Origin: a virus
Lineage: Duplodnaviria > Caudoviricetes
DNA: 64,000 bases
IMG/VR virus record: IMGVR_UViG_3300031994_000062
Span: 1-64,000 of that record
Strand: one strand, 5' to 3'
Below the pieces are notes generated by a model, which saw nothing but the letters and a program-made list of their open reading frames with translations, searched no databases and was not told the DNA's origin. The translations under genes and the position numbers were made by a program. Shown one piece after another: positions 22,101 through 33,077 of the stretch (position 1 is its first letter; every line of letters starts with the position of its first letter).

Positions 22101-25100
22101 AGTAATAGATCCTAAAAGTACTCCATTGTTTGCGGCAGTAAAAGCGCTTTGCTTGGCATTTAATTCAGAAGTGAAACTTGCCTCGGCTGCAGCTCCTGCG
22201 GCGTCGGCATATCCGGCAGCTAATCTTTCTGCATTTGTAGCTGCCACTCCCGTGGCGGTCGCCACTTCTTCAGCTTCTAAAGCAGCAGCTGCTGTAGAAC
22301 CAGCTAACAATTCTGTTTCAGAACTTAGCGCTTCGGCTGCTGTTGCCGCCGTAGCTTCGGCTCCAGATAATACTTCAGCTTCTCCGGCCGCTGTGCCTGT
22401 CGCTGCCGCAGTCTCGGTTTGTGCCCCGGCCGCTAATGTTGCTTCTGATGCTACCGTTCCTTCAGTACCAGCCAGCATTGCCGCCTCTGCCGTTGTTCCG
22501 GCCATAGCTTCTTGAACCGCTTGTCCAGACATAGCTGTTTCATTCATAGCTGTTCCACTTAAAGTTGCAGCTGTAGCCATTCTTTCCGTACTTGCTGCTG
22601 CTTCTGCCGTTCGTGCAGATAATTCTTTCCAACCAGTTTCATTAATTAGATTTTCAACATTTTTCTGATTGAGGTTATGATCAAGAGCAAAAGTATTTAC
22701 TTCATCTAAAGTATCGAATTTATTATTCTGTAGTTTACTTCTTAAAGTCTGTATTGCGAAATCGTTTGCTCCTGCATTAGCTATATACGGAATAGCGCTT
22801 GTAAGACCTACTAATCCACCAGCGCCAGCTAAAGTAGGAAATAATCCGATAGTATCAATGATATTGTTTAATAGCTCAAGAAACTCTGTTGCTCCTTCTA
22901 TTAATCCTTTAAACATATCAGACGTAAACACACTAGTTTGTAATTCCGATATACGTGTTTGCAATTGCGATATTTTACCATCAATAGAATCTAAATACTT
23001 TTCGTTTTCTTCCATAGCCGATCCTTCGGCGTTTTGAACCTGTTCGTATGCAGATCTAAGTATTTCAGGATTCTGAAGAATACTACCGGCAATATTAGCC
23101 CTTGTTTTTCCGGCAATTAATTCAAGCAATCCGTTGGCTTTATTTGTACCGAACTTTTTATCACTTTCTATAATTTCATCATAAATATCGGCAATTTCTT
23201 GCAATACCTGATATGTTGATTTATACGTACCATCGTCAGACAACATACTTACGCCTTTATAATCATTTGACCCAACGGCAGTAAACTGTCTAAGTTGCTC
23301 GTCAATTTTACTCTTTGTTTGTACGACAAAATCCGTAGTGTCTTCTCCGATATCTTCGAGTTCTTTTTTAGCCGCTTCTGTACCTGCCATTCTTAATGAA
23401 ATAGTTCTTAATCCAGCACCGGTTTTAGATGCATTTTGGGTAATAGCATTGCCAGCTGTAATTAACGCAATCGATTCATTGATATCATTTCCGGCTGTCG
23501 ATAATGCAGCAGCAGAGTCTTTTAAGCCAGTTGCCAATTGATCGGTTGAGATACTGAAGTTATTACCAATAAGATTTAATTTATCGACAATATCAATCTT
23601 CTCTAAATCATCATAAGCGGCACTCATAGATATAAGGCTTTCTGTGGCCTCATCTATTGAAGAAAATTCAGATACATTCATCAATATATTCGCAGACTCT
23701 GCAGATTTTTGTGCTTCATCAAAGCTTTCACCAAGTCTCAAGAAATCAGCTGTACTCTGTTGAAGCTGTAAAGCTGTAGTACCAATATTAGATGCTAAAT
23801 CAAAACTAACTTCTTGGAAATTACGAAGACTTTGTACAGACTCATCCGATACTTTTCTCATCTCTGTAAGAGCTGTGTCGAATTGTCTTACTTCATTAGC
23901 CGTATCTTTTATTACACCTATGATTCTATAAAATGATGCGAACGACGCTAAATATGCACCTAAGCTTCCCATACGCTGTTTCCAGGTATCAAAGAAACTC
24001 ATCCCAGTTTTACCCGCAGCCGTTAAATTACCACGCAAAACATTTAATTGATTCGATAATTCATTAACATCTTTTACAGAATTTTTAGTATTTAAATCAC
24101 CGATTTGAGCGCCTAGATTATTAAATTGATCTTTGAACGCACCTGATCTTGCTGCTTTAGAATTAAATTCTTTAATAGTAGCGAATCTTGTTTGTAAAGC
24201 AGATATTGATTTCTCACTTGCAGGAGTGAACTCTCCAGATTTAACTCTATTTTCAAGTTCTGTATACATATTAAGCAATTCTTGAATATCTGCTTTTTGC
24301 TTTTCATCATTAGGATCAAATGTGGTATTATTAAGATTATTAATAGCTTCGCGAATCTTTTCAACTTCAGCATAATAGGTATCAAACATACCTTTTTTGG
24401 CATTAAGATTATTAAGCTGATCAACTTGTGTTTTCATAAAATCTTGATATGCCAATTGAGGCATAGATTCAATTTGTGCTTTAAATTGTCTGTCGGCCGC
24501 AGTAGCTTGATCACCGGCTTCTACAATTCTTTGATACGCCTGTACAATATTATCAAGAGCGCTAGTTTGAACCGGAGTCATTTCTTTACCAGATAACTGA
24601 GCAGCGTAACCAGCTCTCGCATTCTTTAAATCCTCGTTCTGTTGCTTGGTTAACTGTACATCTTTAGTAACAGGATTAAGAGTTTGAGCATATTCTGCAA
24701 AATTTCCGCGTTCAACAGATTGAATAGCCGCATCAAGATCCTTGACTTTTACAGTAGTCTGTGTAACCTTTCCATCGAGTTCATTAAAAAATGATAATAC
24801 AGCCGTATTACCATCAAATTTAACACCTTCAAAGGTGCCTAGTCCTTCTATAATTTTGTTTTTAGAGAAATAATCACGAATAGAACTTTGGTTAAATAAC
24901 TTTTCGTATTCAGCTTGCTGATCGGCTCTTTGTTTCTCCGCGTCGCGTGCCGCCTTCGCCTGTTCCTGTTCTTGCTGTCTGAGTAATTTCGCATCGGCTT
25001 GTTTTTGCGCATTCTCAGAAATATTAGACGCTTTTTGCATATCAGATAATTCTGATTTTGTTAATTTAATCAACTCTAATAATTTCTGAAGATCTGCAAT

Positions 25101-28100
25101 TTGTTTTTCGTCACTCCAATCAATTGTCATTCCTTGTAATTGATCAACATAACCTTTGAGATCTTTAAGTTTATCTGCAAATCCCGCGATTTTTGAAGAA
25201 TCTACGTCCGTAAACTTCTGGAGATCAGTACGCTCTTTTCCCACAGTGCTTCTAAGAGCAGCATTAGAAACTCGTTCAACAGAATTTACCAATTCTCTGT
25301 CGCCAGTGTTCTCTGGATTTAAATACGACCTGGTTTGTTTTGCAGTTCCGTAAGCTTCGCGAATTTGTTTCATTACGTCTGTCTGAACACCAGATACTTC
25401 CTGTCCTTTAAGTATCGCATCAAGGCCAGCTTTGTAATCAGCCATAGTTTCTTTAAAGTTTGCTTTTGATAACTCAGAAGCCGTTTTATTAATAGCTGCT
25501 TCAGACTTTAATTGCTGTTGTTCTTGATCTTTACGTTGCTGTTCTTTAAGTTTGTCTTCTTCCTTAATTCTTTGCCCAGCTCTTTGAATCTGATATTTTT
25601 GCATTTCCTGATCTTCTTTAATCAAACGTTGTCTTTCAGCTTCTTTCGCAGCGGCTTCTTCTCTAACGATTCTTTGAGCTTCCTTTGCTTCTGCATCGTT
25701 TTGACGTTCTTTATCTTTGATAGCTTGTTCTTGTAAGCGTTTATTTTCCTTTTGCTGTCTTTCTTGTGCTTTTTGCTGTCTTTCTTGTGCTTTTTCGCGT
25801 TCGCGCTCTTGTCTTTCAGCTTCTTTGACTGCATCTTTATCGATTTGAGTATATGAATTTTTAAAATCATCTTTATTAAATGTACCTTTTTTTAATTTAT
25901 CTGATACTTCAACAAGATCTTCAAACCTTACTATAGTCTCAGCCAAACCTTCATTGAAGGCTACAACAGCGTCGCCATCTTCGCCGAAGGAAATTAATTT
26001 TTTAAAATCTCCAAGACCTACATCGTTAAATAAATCGTTGTATTGACTAAGATCGTAATTCTCAAGAAATACATCTTTTGTCATTCCACGATATTTATTA
26101 CCACGGCCTTCACCTTCTCCGCGACCTTTTTTATTCGGGTCCTCAGGCTTACCACCGCCAGCGGGTTTATTCTCAGTTTTTTCTGATTCATCATTTACAC
26201 CTTTGACGGTTAGTTCGACTTCTTTCCCGGTTAGGGATGACTGAATAGAAGAGATAAAAGCATCCGCGTCGGTTTCAAGAGGTTTAAAACCTATTTGAAC
26301 TTTCTGTTCTCCGATTTCACTCTGAATCTTTGAAACAAAATCTGCTCCAGCACCTTCAATAGGTTCAACGTTTAAATGAATTGATTGACCTTCCGCTTCG
26401 GATTGTACCTGGGAAATTAGAGAAGAAGATGATCCTTCGGCTGGTTTAAAGGTTACAGGAATTTCAAAATTTCCCTTACCACTTACAGAATTAGCATTAT
26501 CGCTTACAGACTTAATACTATTCTGAGCACGATTATTAAGGATATCGTTAATATCGACTTCTTCAATAGTTCCTTTTTTGTAAGCTTTATAGCCAGATAT
26601 ATTATAATTATCATCATAATTAGGAAGAATTTCTATATTCCTCATGATGCCCGACTTTAATATATTAAGCGTTTTTAAGTCACTGTCTCTAGGCACCCAA
26701 TGCGAATCTATAAAATCTTTAGTATCTTTAAATCCAAGATTCAATCCGGATTTTTTCATAGCCCTATCCAATGTTTCTTTATCGCCGCTTAACAATAATG
26801 CTTGTTGCATATACATTTGAGCTTCTTGCGTTGAAAATAAATCTGGATAAGATCCGGAAGAGATCTGTTCGTTATGATATGCTCTTATTTTTTCAATACA
26901 TTCATCAAGAGTTACGTTAAATCTTTGAGCATTACTTAAATCTTTAGCTGTAAAAATTTGATCTTGTTGTTTAAGACCATTTAATATTTCAGTAATATTT
27001 TTTCCTCTTGCAGATCCAAGTTTCAATTTTTGAATAGAGTCCCAGGCATTATCTATTGCGAATTGATCTTTTAACTCTGACTCTGCTACTCCAAAAGATT
27101 TATAAATTCCTTTTAATCTCTGATAAGTTATTGCCAGAGATTCCTTTTGAGATTTATCAATATCTTTCGGATTCCAATATGGAACTTCTGTTGCTCCATA
27201 CGTTTTTTTTATTAAATCATTAATACTTAAATTATATGGTTCAATCTTTTTTTTCAAAGTATCGGAAATACCAGGTTTGATATTTTCAGCAATAACATCT
27301 TGAATTTCATTTGAAATTTTCGAAGGTGTAGCACCGGAAGATCCACTACCCATCTTGATATTATTAGGATCAACCTCGACGCCAATCTTAACATTCTGAC
27401 CTTCTAAAGCATTCTGAATCTTACCAACAAATCCGCCAACATCATCTGCTTTAGGCTCAATAGGAATATCAAGTGGTTTATCAACATGTATGGCTTCAGA
27501 AATTTTACTTTGAAGTTCCGTAACTTTACCTTGGGCGTCAGAAAGCTTGCTCACTGCTTCTGTTAATGATTCGACGAATTTATTAATTTCTTCAGTGTTG
27601 AAACCGCCACTTCCACCAGCGCCTTCTTTGTCGGCTTCTGCTGCTAATTTTGCAGCTTCTGCTTCAGCTTTTTTTGCAGCCATACGATCTTCGTTGACTT
27701 TAGCAGTATCATAATCTCTTTGTAATCTTTGTCTTTGTTGACGCGCCGCCTCAAGTTTGCCTATTGGAGTATTCTCGTCTCCAAGAGATTTCATCGTTTG
27801 AAGATTACCGCTTATAACATCAACATTTTTCATTGTTGTTAATTTTCTTACAATATCATAATACTGTTGCAAATTAGATACTAATTTGGTTATCTGTTCA
27901 ACGTTGCCTTTTGCGTTTTTACTGTCATATTTAATCTCAATTGGCTTATTGAATTGAATGTCGCTCAATTTTCCGCCAAGCTTGGTATATGTATCCAAAT
28001 TCTTAAAGAACTTGTCATCAAACATTAAATCTCGATTGGTAGCTGCGGCTTCGGCGGCTTCTGCGGCCTTTTTGCTTGTAAGATATTTATAAGATTTTTC

Positions 28101-28748
28101 ATAATCTTTAGCTACCTTACCAAGACCACCTTTTTTACTATCTAAGAGTTGCGCATCTAAATTGGTTATTTCCTTCATAATATCTTCTGAAGGAGCCAAT
28201 TTGATCCCAGATATATCAATTAAAGTATCTCGAATTTGAGTTAAAGTAGTTTTTAATTCTTCGAAAGATTGCACATCAATCTTGGTGTCGACCATTGCTG
28301 CCATAGCTTTAGTAACCGCATCAACATTATCGTTAATGTTCCTTAATTCGTCTCCGGTTACTCTTAACCCCATAATATCTTTGCCTTCATCCGTTTTCCC
28401 TATTTGTTGCGTAACTTGAAGTAAATTATTTCTTAAAAATTGAACCCTATCTGCCGCCTTTTGCAGACTTGTTTGCATATCATCGAGTTCTTGAACCTGA
28501 CCATTTATAACTCCTTTGCCAGATCCAAATACTTTCTTAAAGTCGAGTCCTTTAAGATTTTTATTCATACCAATCAAATAATTATCTAATTCATTGAACA
28601 ACCCTTGTATTTGCTTTTTATCTATGCCAATATCAATTGTATACTGTTTGCCTTCGATAGCTTCCTTAGTTTCTCTTTCAGCTTCCTTAGTATCTGCATG
28701 GACTTTGGCAGTGACGTCCATTTCAATACTTTTTTTTAAATCTGCCAT
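16191..28748 (-). CDS. Tape measure protein, exon 1 (4186 aa)
   Basis: TP901-type core (FDTALTEMRKV...IVDKLNLIGNNFSIS...GAGLRTISLRMAG), long coiled-coils, position before Dit. The last 17 codons of the listed ORF are intron sequence. Confidence 0.92.
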
Positions 28749-28769
28749 ACATATTTCACCACCTTCTTA

Positions 28770-29162
28770 TTAAAAATCATATGCTAGGAAAAATTCCTCA
28801 ATTAATTCCCAGGGGCTTGGTTGCATTTGTGGAATATGTTTTTTTGGTCTTCCCCATGCTAATGGTCCACCATGATAACCAACACCAAATGATCCTGCAA
28901 AAACCGCATCGTCACTTCTATGCGATTTTCCAAAAAATTCTGGAGAATAGGTAATTCTAACAGTATATCCATTCTCTATTGGCTCTATTTCAGTTTTCCA
29001 CATATTTTGCATACCAAATGTCCGGTCATATATCATAGGTTCATAATCACCATAAAAAGCATTAATTGCATTTGAACTTTGGCGATCAAAATCTTCGGCA
29101 ACTTGAATAGCATATGGCAATAACAACTCATGTATTTCAGAATCCGTAAATATATCAGCCAT
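28770..29162 (-). CDS. Hypothetical tail-region protein
   Basis: 130 aa with a YxPxxYxRT motif, immediately upstream of TMP. Confidence 0.6.
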   Translation of the reverse strand: MADIFTDSEIHELLLPYAIQVAEDFDRQSSNAINAFYGDYEPMIYDRTFGMQNMWKTEIEPIENGYTVRITYSPEFFGKSHRSDDAVFAGSFGVGYHGGPLAWGRPKKHIPQMQPSPWELIEEFFLAYDF

Positions 29163-29709
29163 TTAAATCAGTCCCAAGATTTTCGAATATAGATACTATT
29201 TCGTTCATTTTTCCGGGATCTTTGAGTATATCTGAAATATCTCCAAGGCTACGTTTGATGTCGATAATTATTCCAGATAAATAAGCCTCAAAGCTACCTT
29301 TAGATTTTTCAAAATTCGACACTAACATAGCATTTACACTAGACAATTCTTTGATTTCATACTCTCCAATAATTTCACAAATAACACCAACTAATCCTGA
29401 TTCAGTTAAAGCATCATAACACTCAAAATTCGCGCCGACTTCTTTTCCATCAACATTTTTTTTATCAACCGTTAAATCCGTATAAAGCGCGATCATCGCA
29501 AGAGTATAATTTATTTTAGATGTCATCATATCAATATACTTAATTCCGGTTTCAGATATAGACACAGCGTTGTCTAGCATCATCTGAAGAATAAGCCGTT
29601 TTTCTAAAACGGGACAATACTTTCTTTTAATATGAGACTGGATCATTTGCTCCCTAGCTTTATCTGAATTCATATTTTTATATTTCTTACAAAATTCTAA
29701 AATTGTCAT
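29155..29709 (-). CDS. Putative tail assembly chaperone (paralog B)
   Basis: 184 aa, similar to the neighbouring gene, between tail tube and TMP. Confidence 0.5.
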   Translation of the reverse strand: MTILEFCKKYKNMNSDKAREQMIQSHIKRKYCPVLEKRLILQMMLDNAVSISETGIKYIDMMTSKINYTLAMIALYTDLTVDKKNVDGKEVGANFECYDALTESGLVGVICEIIGEYEIKELSSVNAMLVSNFEKSKGSFEAYLSGIIIDIKRSLGDISDILKDPGKMNEIVSIFENLGTDLNG

Positions 29710-29710
29710 C

Positions 29711-30118
29711 CTAATTCCTCCTTGCTAAAGCAGCCTGACTGCGTTCATTTTGATATAAATCGTTTAATTTGCACTGCATAATTTCGTCAAATCGCGCGAT
29801 TTCCGATTCATCAATATATCCTAATAGAAAACTAACAGCATCACGCATTTCTAATTCATCAAATTCTTCTGTTATATTATTATAATCAATATCTACATTC
29901 ATATAGGCATTGATCAATGTCATTCTATAAAGCAAATTTCTATATGCCGAATTAATATTAAAATCGCCATCTTTATCATATGTACTATCATAAATAATAG
30001 CTTCGCATATTTCACATTTTTTATCGAATGGAATATAATCAACAACTTCCAACTCAATATCGTCAAATCCGGTATCTATATATTTCTCATATTGATCTAT
30101 AAATTCCTGTGTAGTCAT
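29711..30118 (-). CDS. Putative tail assembly chaperone (paralog A)
   Basis: 135 aa, acidic and helical. Shares the YxPxxxK...LxxIxxY..xD pattern with 29155..29709. Confidence 0.5.
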   Translation of the reverse strand: MTTQEFIDQYEKYIDTGFDDIELEVVDYIPFDKKCEICEAIIYDSTYDKDGDFNINSAYRNLLYRMTLINAYMNVDIDYNNITEEFDELEMRDAVSFLLGYIDESEIARFDEIMQCKLNDLYQNERSQAALARRN

Positions 30119-30225
30119 TTTGGTTCCTCCTTGTTATCATTTATGTAAATAACCACTTCAGTCCTTGGATGTTCTTTATCAACATCGGTTTTTAACGTTA
30201 GTGATTTTAAGTGCTTTCCGTCGTC
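30115..30225 (-). pseudogene. Displaced duplicate 3' end of rusA
   Basis: Frame reads DDGKHLKSLTLKTDVDKEHPRTEVVIYINDNKEEPK*, aligning with the RusA end DDYKHYKRMIMSIDYDKENPRTEILIKIKEQ*. Its stop overlaps the next ATG (ATGA). Confidence 0.8.
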
Positions 30226-31241
30226 AAATCTCTAATGCATACCATTTTCTTTTCTTGATTTGAATATTCCCAATTATCAATAAACGGACTAATCTCATCT
30301 CTTAATTCATTGTAAAAATCTTCATCTATAAGAATTAATTTTGAAAATTCTTCTGGATATTGATCTTTAAATAGCTGTAATCTTATTTTACTTTTTTCAT
30401 CCATCCAACCTTTAACTTCAATCCATTTATCAAATTCTGGCAAATAAAAATCGGGCTGGTAACTAGCCACCCCGTTTACAGATTCGTCAAAATAAAATCT
30501 TTTAAATTCGTATTTCCATTCTATATAATTATAATTCAATAATCTCGCTATATTTGATTCCCATGAACTCCTAAAAAATTGATTGTTTAAATCTTTTCGC
30601 TTCCCACTTTTTGTACGTGAATAAGAATTTTCAGAAGTAGAAGTTATGATATTATTTTTAATTTTGGTTTCCAAACTTTTTCTCGCTCTAATACTTTTCT
30701 CTTCTTTTGACATATTTGCGGCAAGTTCAATATGTGACTTTGACATCTTTCTTTTAGTTTCATCGGTATGATGTTTACCCAACATACCTCTTGGATGAGT
30801 TTCTGAATTGCCCATAGTCTTTTTTGCAGTTTCTGATAATTTTTTACGTACAACATTTTTAAAATAATCACTATTATAATAATCTGATAATTTTTCTTTA
30901 TAATTTTTAAGTTTTTCTTCTGTCATTGGACGAGAATTATTTGAAATACCTATCTTGTTTGCATATCTACAAATAGATGTTTTTTGTCTGTTTATTTTTT
31001 TCGATAATACATCAAGATCTATAGCATCTGGATTTTTCATATAATAATCTTTTATAATTTGTTTTTCTATATCTGTAAATGGCTTAAACTTACCACTCTG
31101 TATACCTAATGCGGTTTTCTTCCCTCGGATACTACCTTCAGATCTATTGAGCAACTCACTTAGTTCTTTTACAGATAATTCTACGTTATCTTTAAGTATT
31201 TGCACCTCGTCTTGAGACCAAAATCCTGTTTTATAAGCCAT
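30207..31241 (-). CDS. Free-standing homing endonuclease-like protein (HTH + NUMOD3 + PD-(D/E)XK)
   Basis: HPRGMLGKHHTDETKRKMS (NUMOD3-like), FRSSWE, YQPDFYLP...IEVKGW. Likely start at ATG 31241. Confidence 0.8.
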   Translation of the reverse strand: MAYKTGFWSQDEVQILKDNVELSVKELSELLNRSEGSIRGKKTALGIQSGKFKPFTDIEKQIIKDYYMKNPDAIDLDVLSKKINRQKTSICRYANKIGISNNSRPMTEEKLKNYKEKLSDYYNSDYFKNVVRKKLSETAKKTMGNSETHPRGMLGKHHTDETKRKMSKSHIELAANMSKEEKSIRARKSLETKIKNNIITSTSENSYSRTKSGKRKDLNNQFFRSSWESNIARLLNYNYIEWKYEFKRFYFDESVNGVASYQPDFYLPEFDKWIEVKGWMDEKSKIRLQLFKDQYPEEFSKLILIDEDFYNELRDEISPFIDNWEYSNQEKKMVCIRDLTTEST

Positions 31242-31246
31242 ATATA

Positions 31247-31687
31247 TCACTGCTCCTTTATTTTTATTAATATTTCTGTTCGCGGATTTTCTTTGTCGTA
31301 ATCAATAGACATAATCATCCGTTTGTAGTGCTTGTAATCATCGTCAACAATAAATCCAGATTCTACGAATCCATCATCTATAAACTTTGATATAAAATTT
31401 TGTATATCAGCACGCTTCTTTGTCGGAAAATAAATTGTTTCCTCTATTTCAAAATTATCCAACATCATATTCGCGTACCCTAATTTATCTATCCACCAAA
31501 TTACGAATTCTTTCCACTTCTGTTTCAACGCATTCATCTGTGGTCTCGGCATAATCATCCATTCATTAATACTTGGATGCCACGGTTTTTCTATCGGAGC
31601 CTTGCGGGCTTTTGGATGTTTTTTAAAATAATATTTGTTATATTCATCAAGCAAATCTTGATCTAAAACTAGCTTTATTTCTTGCAT
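31247..31687 (-). CDS. rusA: RusA-family Holliday junction resolvase
   Basis: YFPTKKRADIQNF...KFIDDGFVESGFIVDDD...YDKENPRTEI. Confidence 0.8.
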   Translation of the reverse strand: MQEIKLVLDQDLLDEYNKYYFKKHPKARKAPIEKPWHPSINEWMIMPRPQMNALKQKWKEFVIWWIDKLGYANMMLDNFEIEETIYFPTKKRADIQNFISKFIDDGFVESGFIVDDDYKHYKRMIMSIDYDKENPRTEILIKIKEQ

Positions 31688-32070
31688 CGCGATATATCCT
31701 CCATATACCCTTGTATATCAACAGAAGAGGAGATAGTTTCATTGATAAGCTTATATGTAATCTCAAGCGGTATTACAACAAGATCTAATTCTACATCACC
31801 GGTATCTCGATGATAATCATTGATTATACATTTAGCATCAAATGCCGCCATACATTTAGTTGCTTCAATAATATTCTTAGTAAACATATATTGATGTCTA
31901 CCCGGTACAACCATAAGATATTGTCCGTTATCAACAACTGCCATCACATAGCGTTTTACGCGCTTCTCCAGATATTTTTGCGGCATGATCCCGATAGGAG
32001 CATCTTCATAGATTGGCAATTCTGCTCTTAATCCACGTTTTCTTTCTTTTCTGTTATTTCCTTTTGCCAT
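31675..32070 (-). CDS. Hypothetical protein
   Basis: 131 aa ORF in the operon. Confidence 0.6.
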   Translation of the reverse strand: MAKGNNRKERKRGLRAELPIYEDAPIGIMPQKYLEKRVKRYVMAVVDNGQYLMVVPGRHQYMFTKNIIEATKCMAAFDAKCIINDYHRDTGDVELDLVVIPLEITYKLINETISSSVDIQGYMEDISRCKK

Positions 32071-32259
32071 TTATATTTCCTCCACTTCAAATCCGATCCA
32101 TACTTCATTGGTTCTATTACAAACACGAGCAGCTTCAGCGTAATCATCAGTTTTAAATAATTTCATTCCTGGGTTAATACCGCCATATTCACGAACATAA
32201 AATCGGTTATATTTCAAGCTCTGATAAACTGCTCTATCTCCATTAATCACAATGTACAT
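32071..32259 (-). CDS. Hypothetical protein
   Basis: 62 aa with a strong RBS. Confidence 0.6.
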   Translation of the reverse strand: MYIVINGDRAVYQSLKYNRFYVREYGGINPGMKLFKTDDYAEAARVCNRTNEVWIGFEVEEI

Positions 32260-32270
32260 TCCTTTTCCTC

Positions 32271-32492
32271 CTAATTTAATTCATGATTTATCCATGCTTT
32301 ATATAGATCTTGGGTTTCGTCGCGCAAGAAAATATAAACGATGATATCGTTACCATTCTTATCGCAGCTTGCATAAAGATCTATTGGATATACTTTATTT
32401 TTTATATACATCTTTGCCTGAAGTTGATTTACGATCCGGCAAATTTCTCGTTCATTATAATCTCTAGGTTTTAAATTTGTTTCGATATTCAT
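32271..32492 (-). CDS. Small hypothetical protein (DUF5659-like)
   Basis: 73 aa, IVNQLQAKMYIKN...IVYIFLRDETQDLYKAW. Family assignment is from memory. Confidence 0.55.
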   Translation of the reverse strand: MNIETNLKPRDYNEREICRIVNQLQAKMYIKNKVYPIDLYASCDKNGNDIIVYIFLRDETQDLYKAWINHELN

Positions 32493-32516
32493 ATATCATC
32501 CTTTTCCTCCTTAACC

Positions 32517-32572
32517 AAAAAAGGGGGAATACAGCCACCGTCGTTAAAGAACAGCAACCATATCCCCCCTTA
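32517..32572 (-). promoter_or_regulatory. Terminator/attenuator-like hairpin enclosing two GGT(T/G)GCTGT repeats
   Basis: G6/C5 stem plus U-tract. Plus-strand repeats acagccacc (32531) and acagcaacc (32551). Confidence 0.55.
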
Positions 32573-32630
32573 AGGTATATAAAATTTGCAAATCTTATAT
32601 CATATATTAAAAATCACTGTTCAATAAATA

Positions 32631-32993
32631 CTAATTACGTTTTCTCCCGGTTTTTCTTTTAAGTTGTTCTGCGGGTTTTTCTACTTTAGGTTCGTCAACC
32701 TTTTCTTCTTTAATTTCAATCTTTTCTTCTGTCTTCATAATTTCGTCAATTAATTTAATAAAATCAATACGGATTTTTTCTTTATTAGTTAAATCACAAG
32801 CATTCAACATTTTTTGCGCGTCTTCATGTGATATTGTTTTCTGAGCATAGGCCACTACTGTATTGAATATAGTGCGGCAATTTTCTGAACAATAAGTATT
32901 CTTCCAAGACGGTTGATGTTGTTCTTCTCGGCAGTCTGAGCAATACTTATATTCTTTTCCACATAAAATACATTTTCTGTTATATCTACTCAC
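32631..32993 (-). CDS. Hypothetical Cys-rich (Zn-binding) protein
   Basis: CILCG, CSDC and CSENC motifs. Confidence 0.65.
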   Translation of the reverse strand: MSRYNRKCILCGKEYKYCSDCREEQHQPSWKNTYCSENCRTIFNTVVAYAQKTISHEDAQKMLNACDLTNKEKIRIDFIKLIDEIMKTEEKIEIKEEKVDEPKVEKPAEQLKRKTGRKRN

Positions 32994-33021
32994 TTTATTT
33001 CCTCCTTAAAAATTTTATATC

Positions 33022-33053
33022 ACAAAAAAAAGAGAGGGCGAATAGCCCTCCCT
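33022..33053 (-). terminator. Intrinsic terminator after the tail tube gene
   Basis: agggagggc-tattc-gccctctct followed by a long T-run. Confidence 0.75.
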
Positions 33054-33077
33054 AATTTTTAATTTTATTGACAAAGA

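Noticed and set aside
25751-25795. 21-nt tandem duplication in TMP
   Set aside because: Simple ERQQKAQ coiled-coil expansion with no separate function evident.
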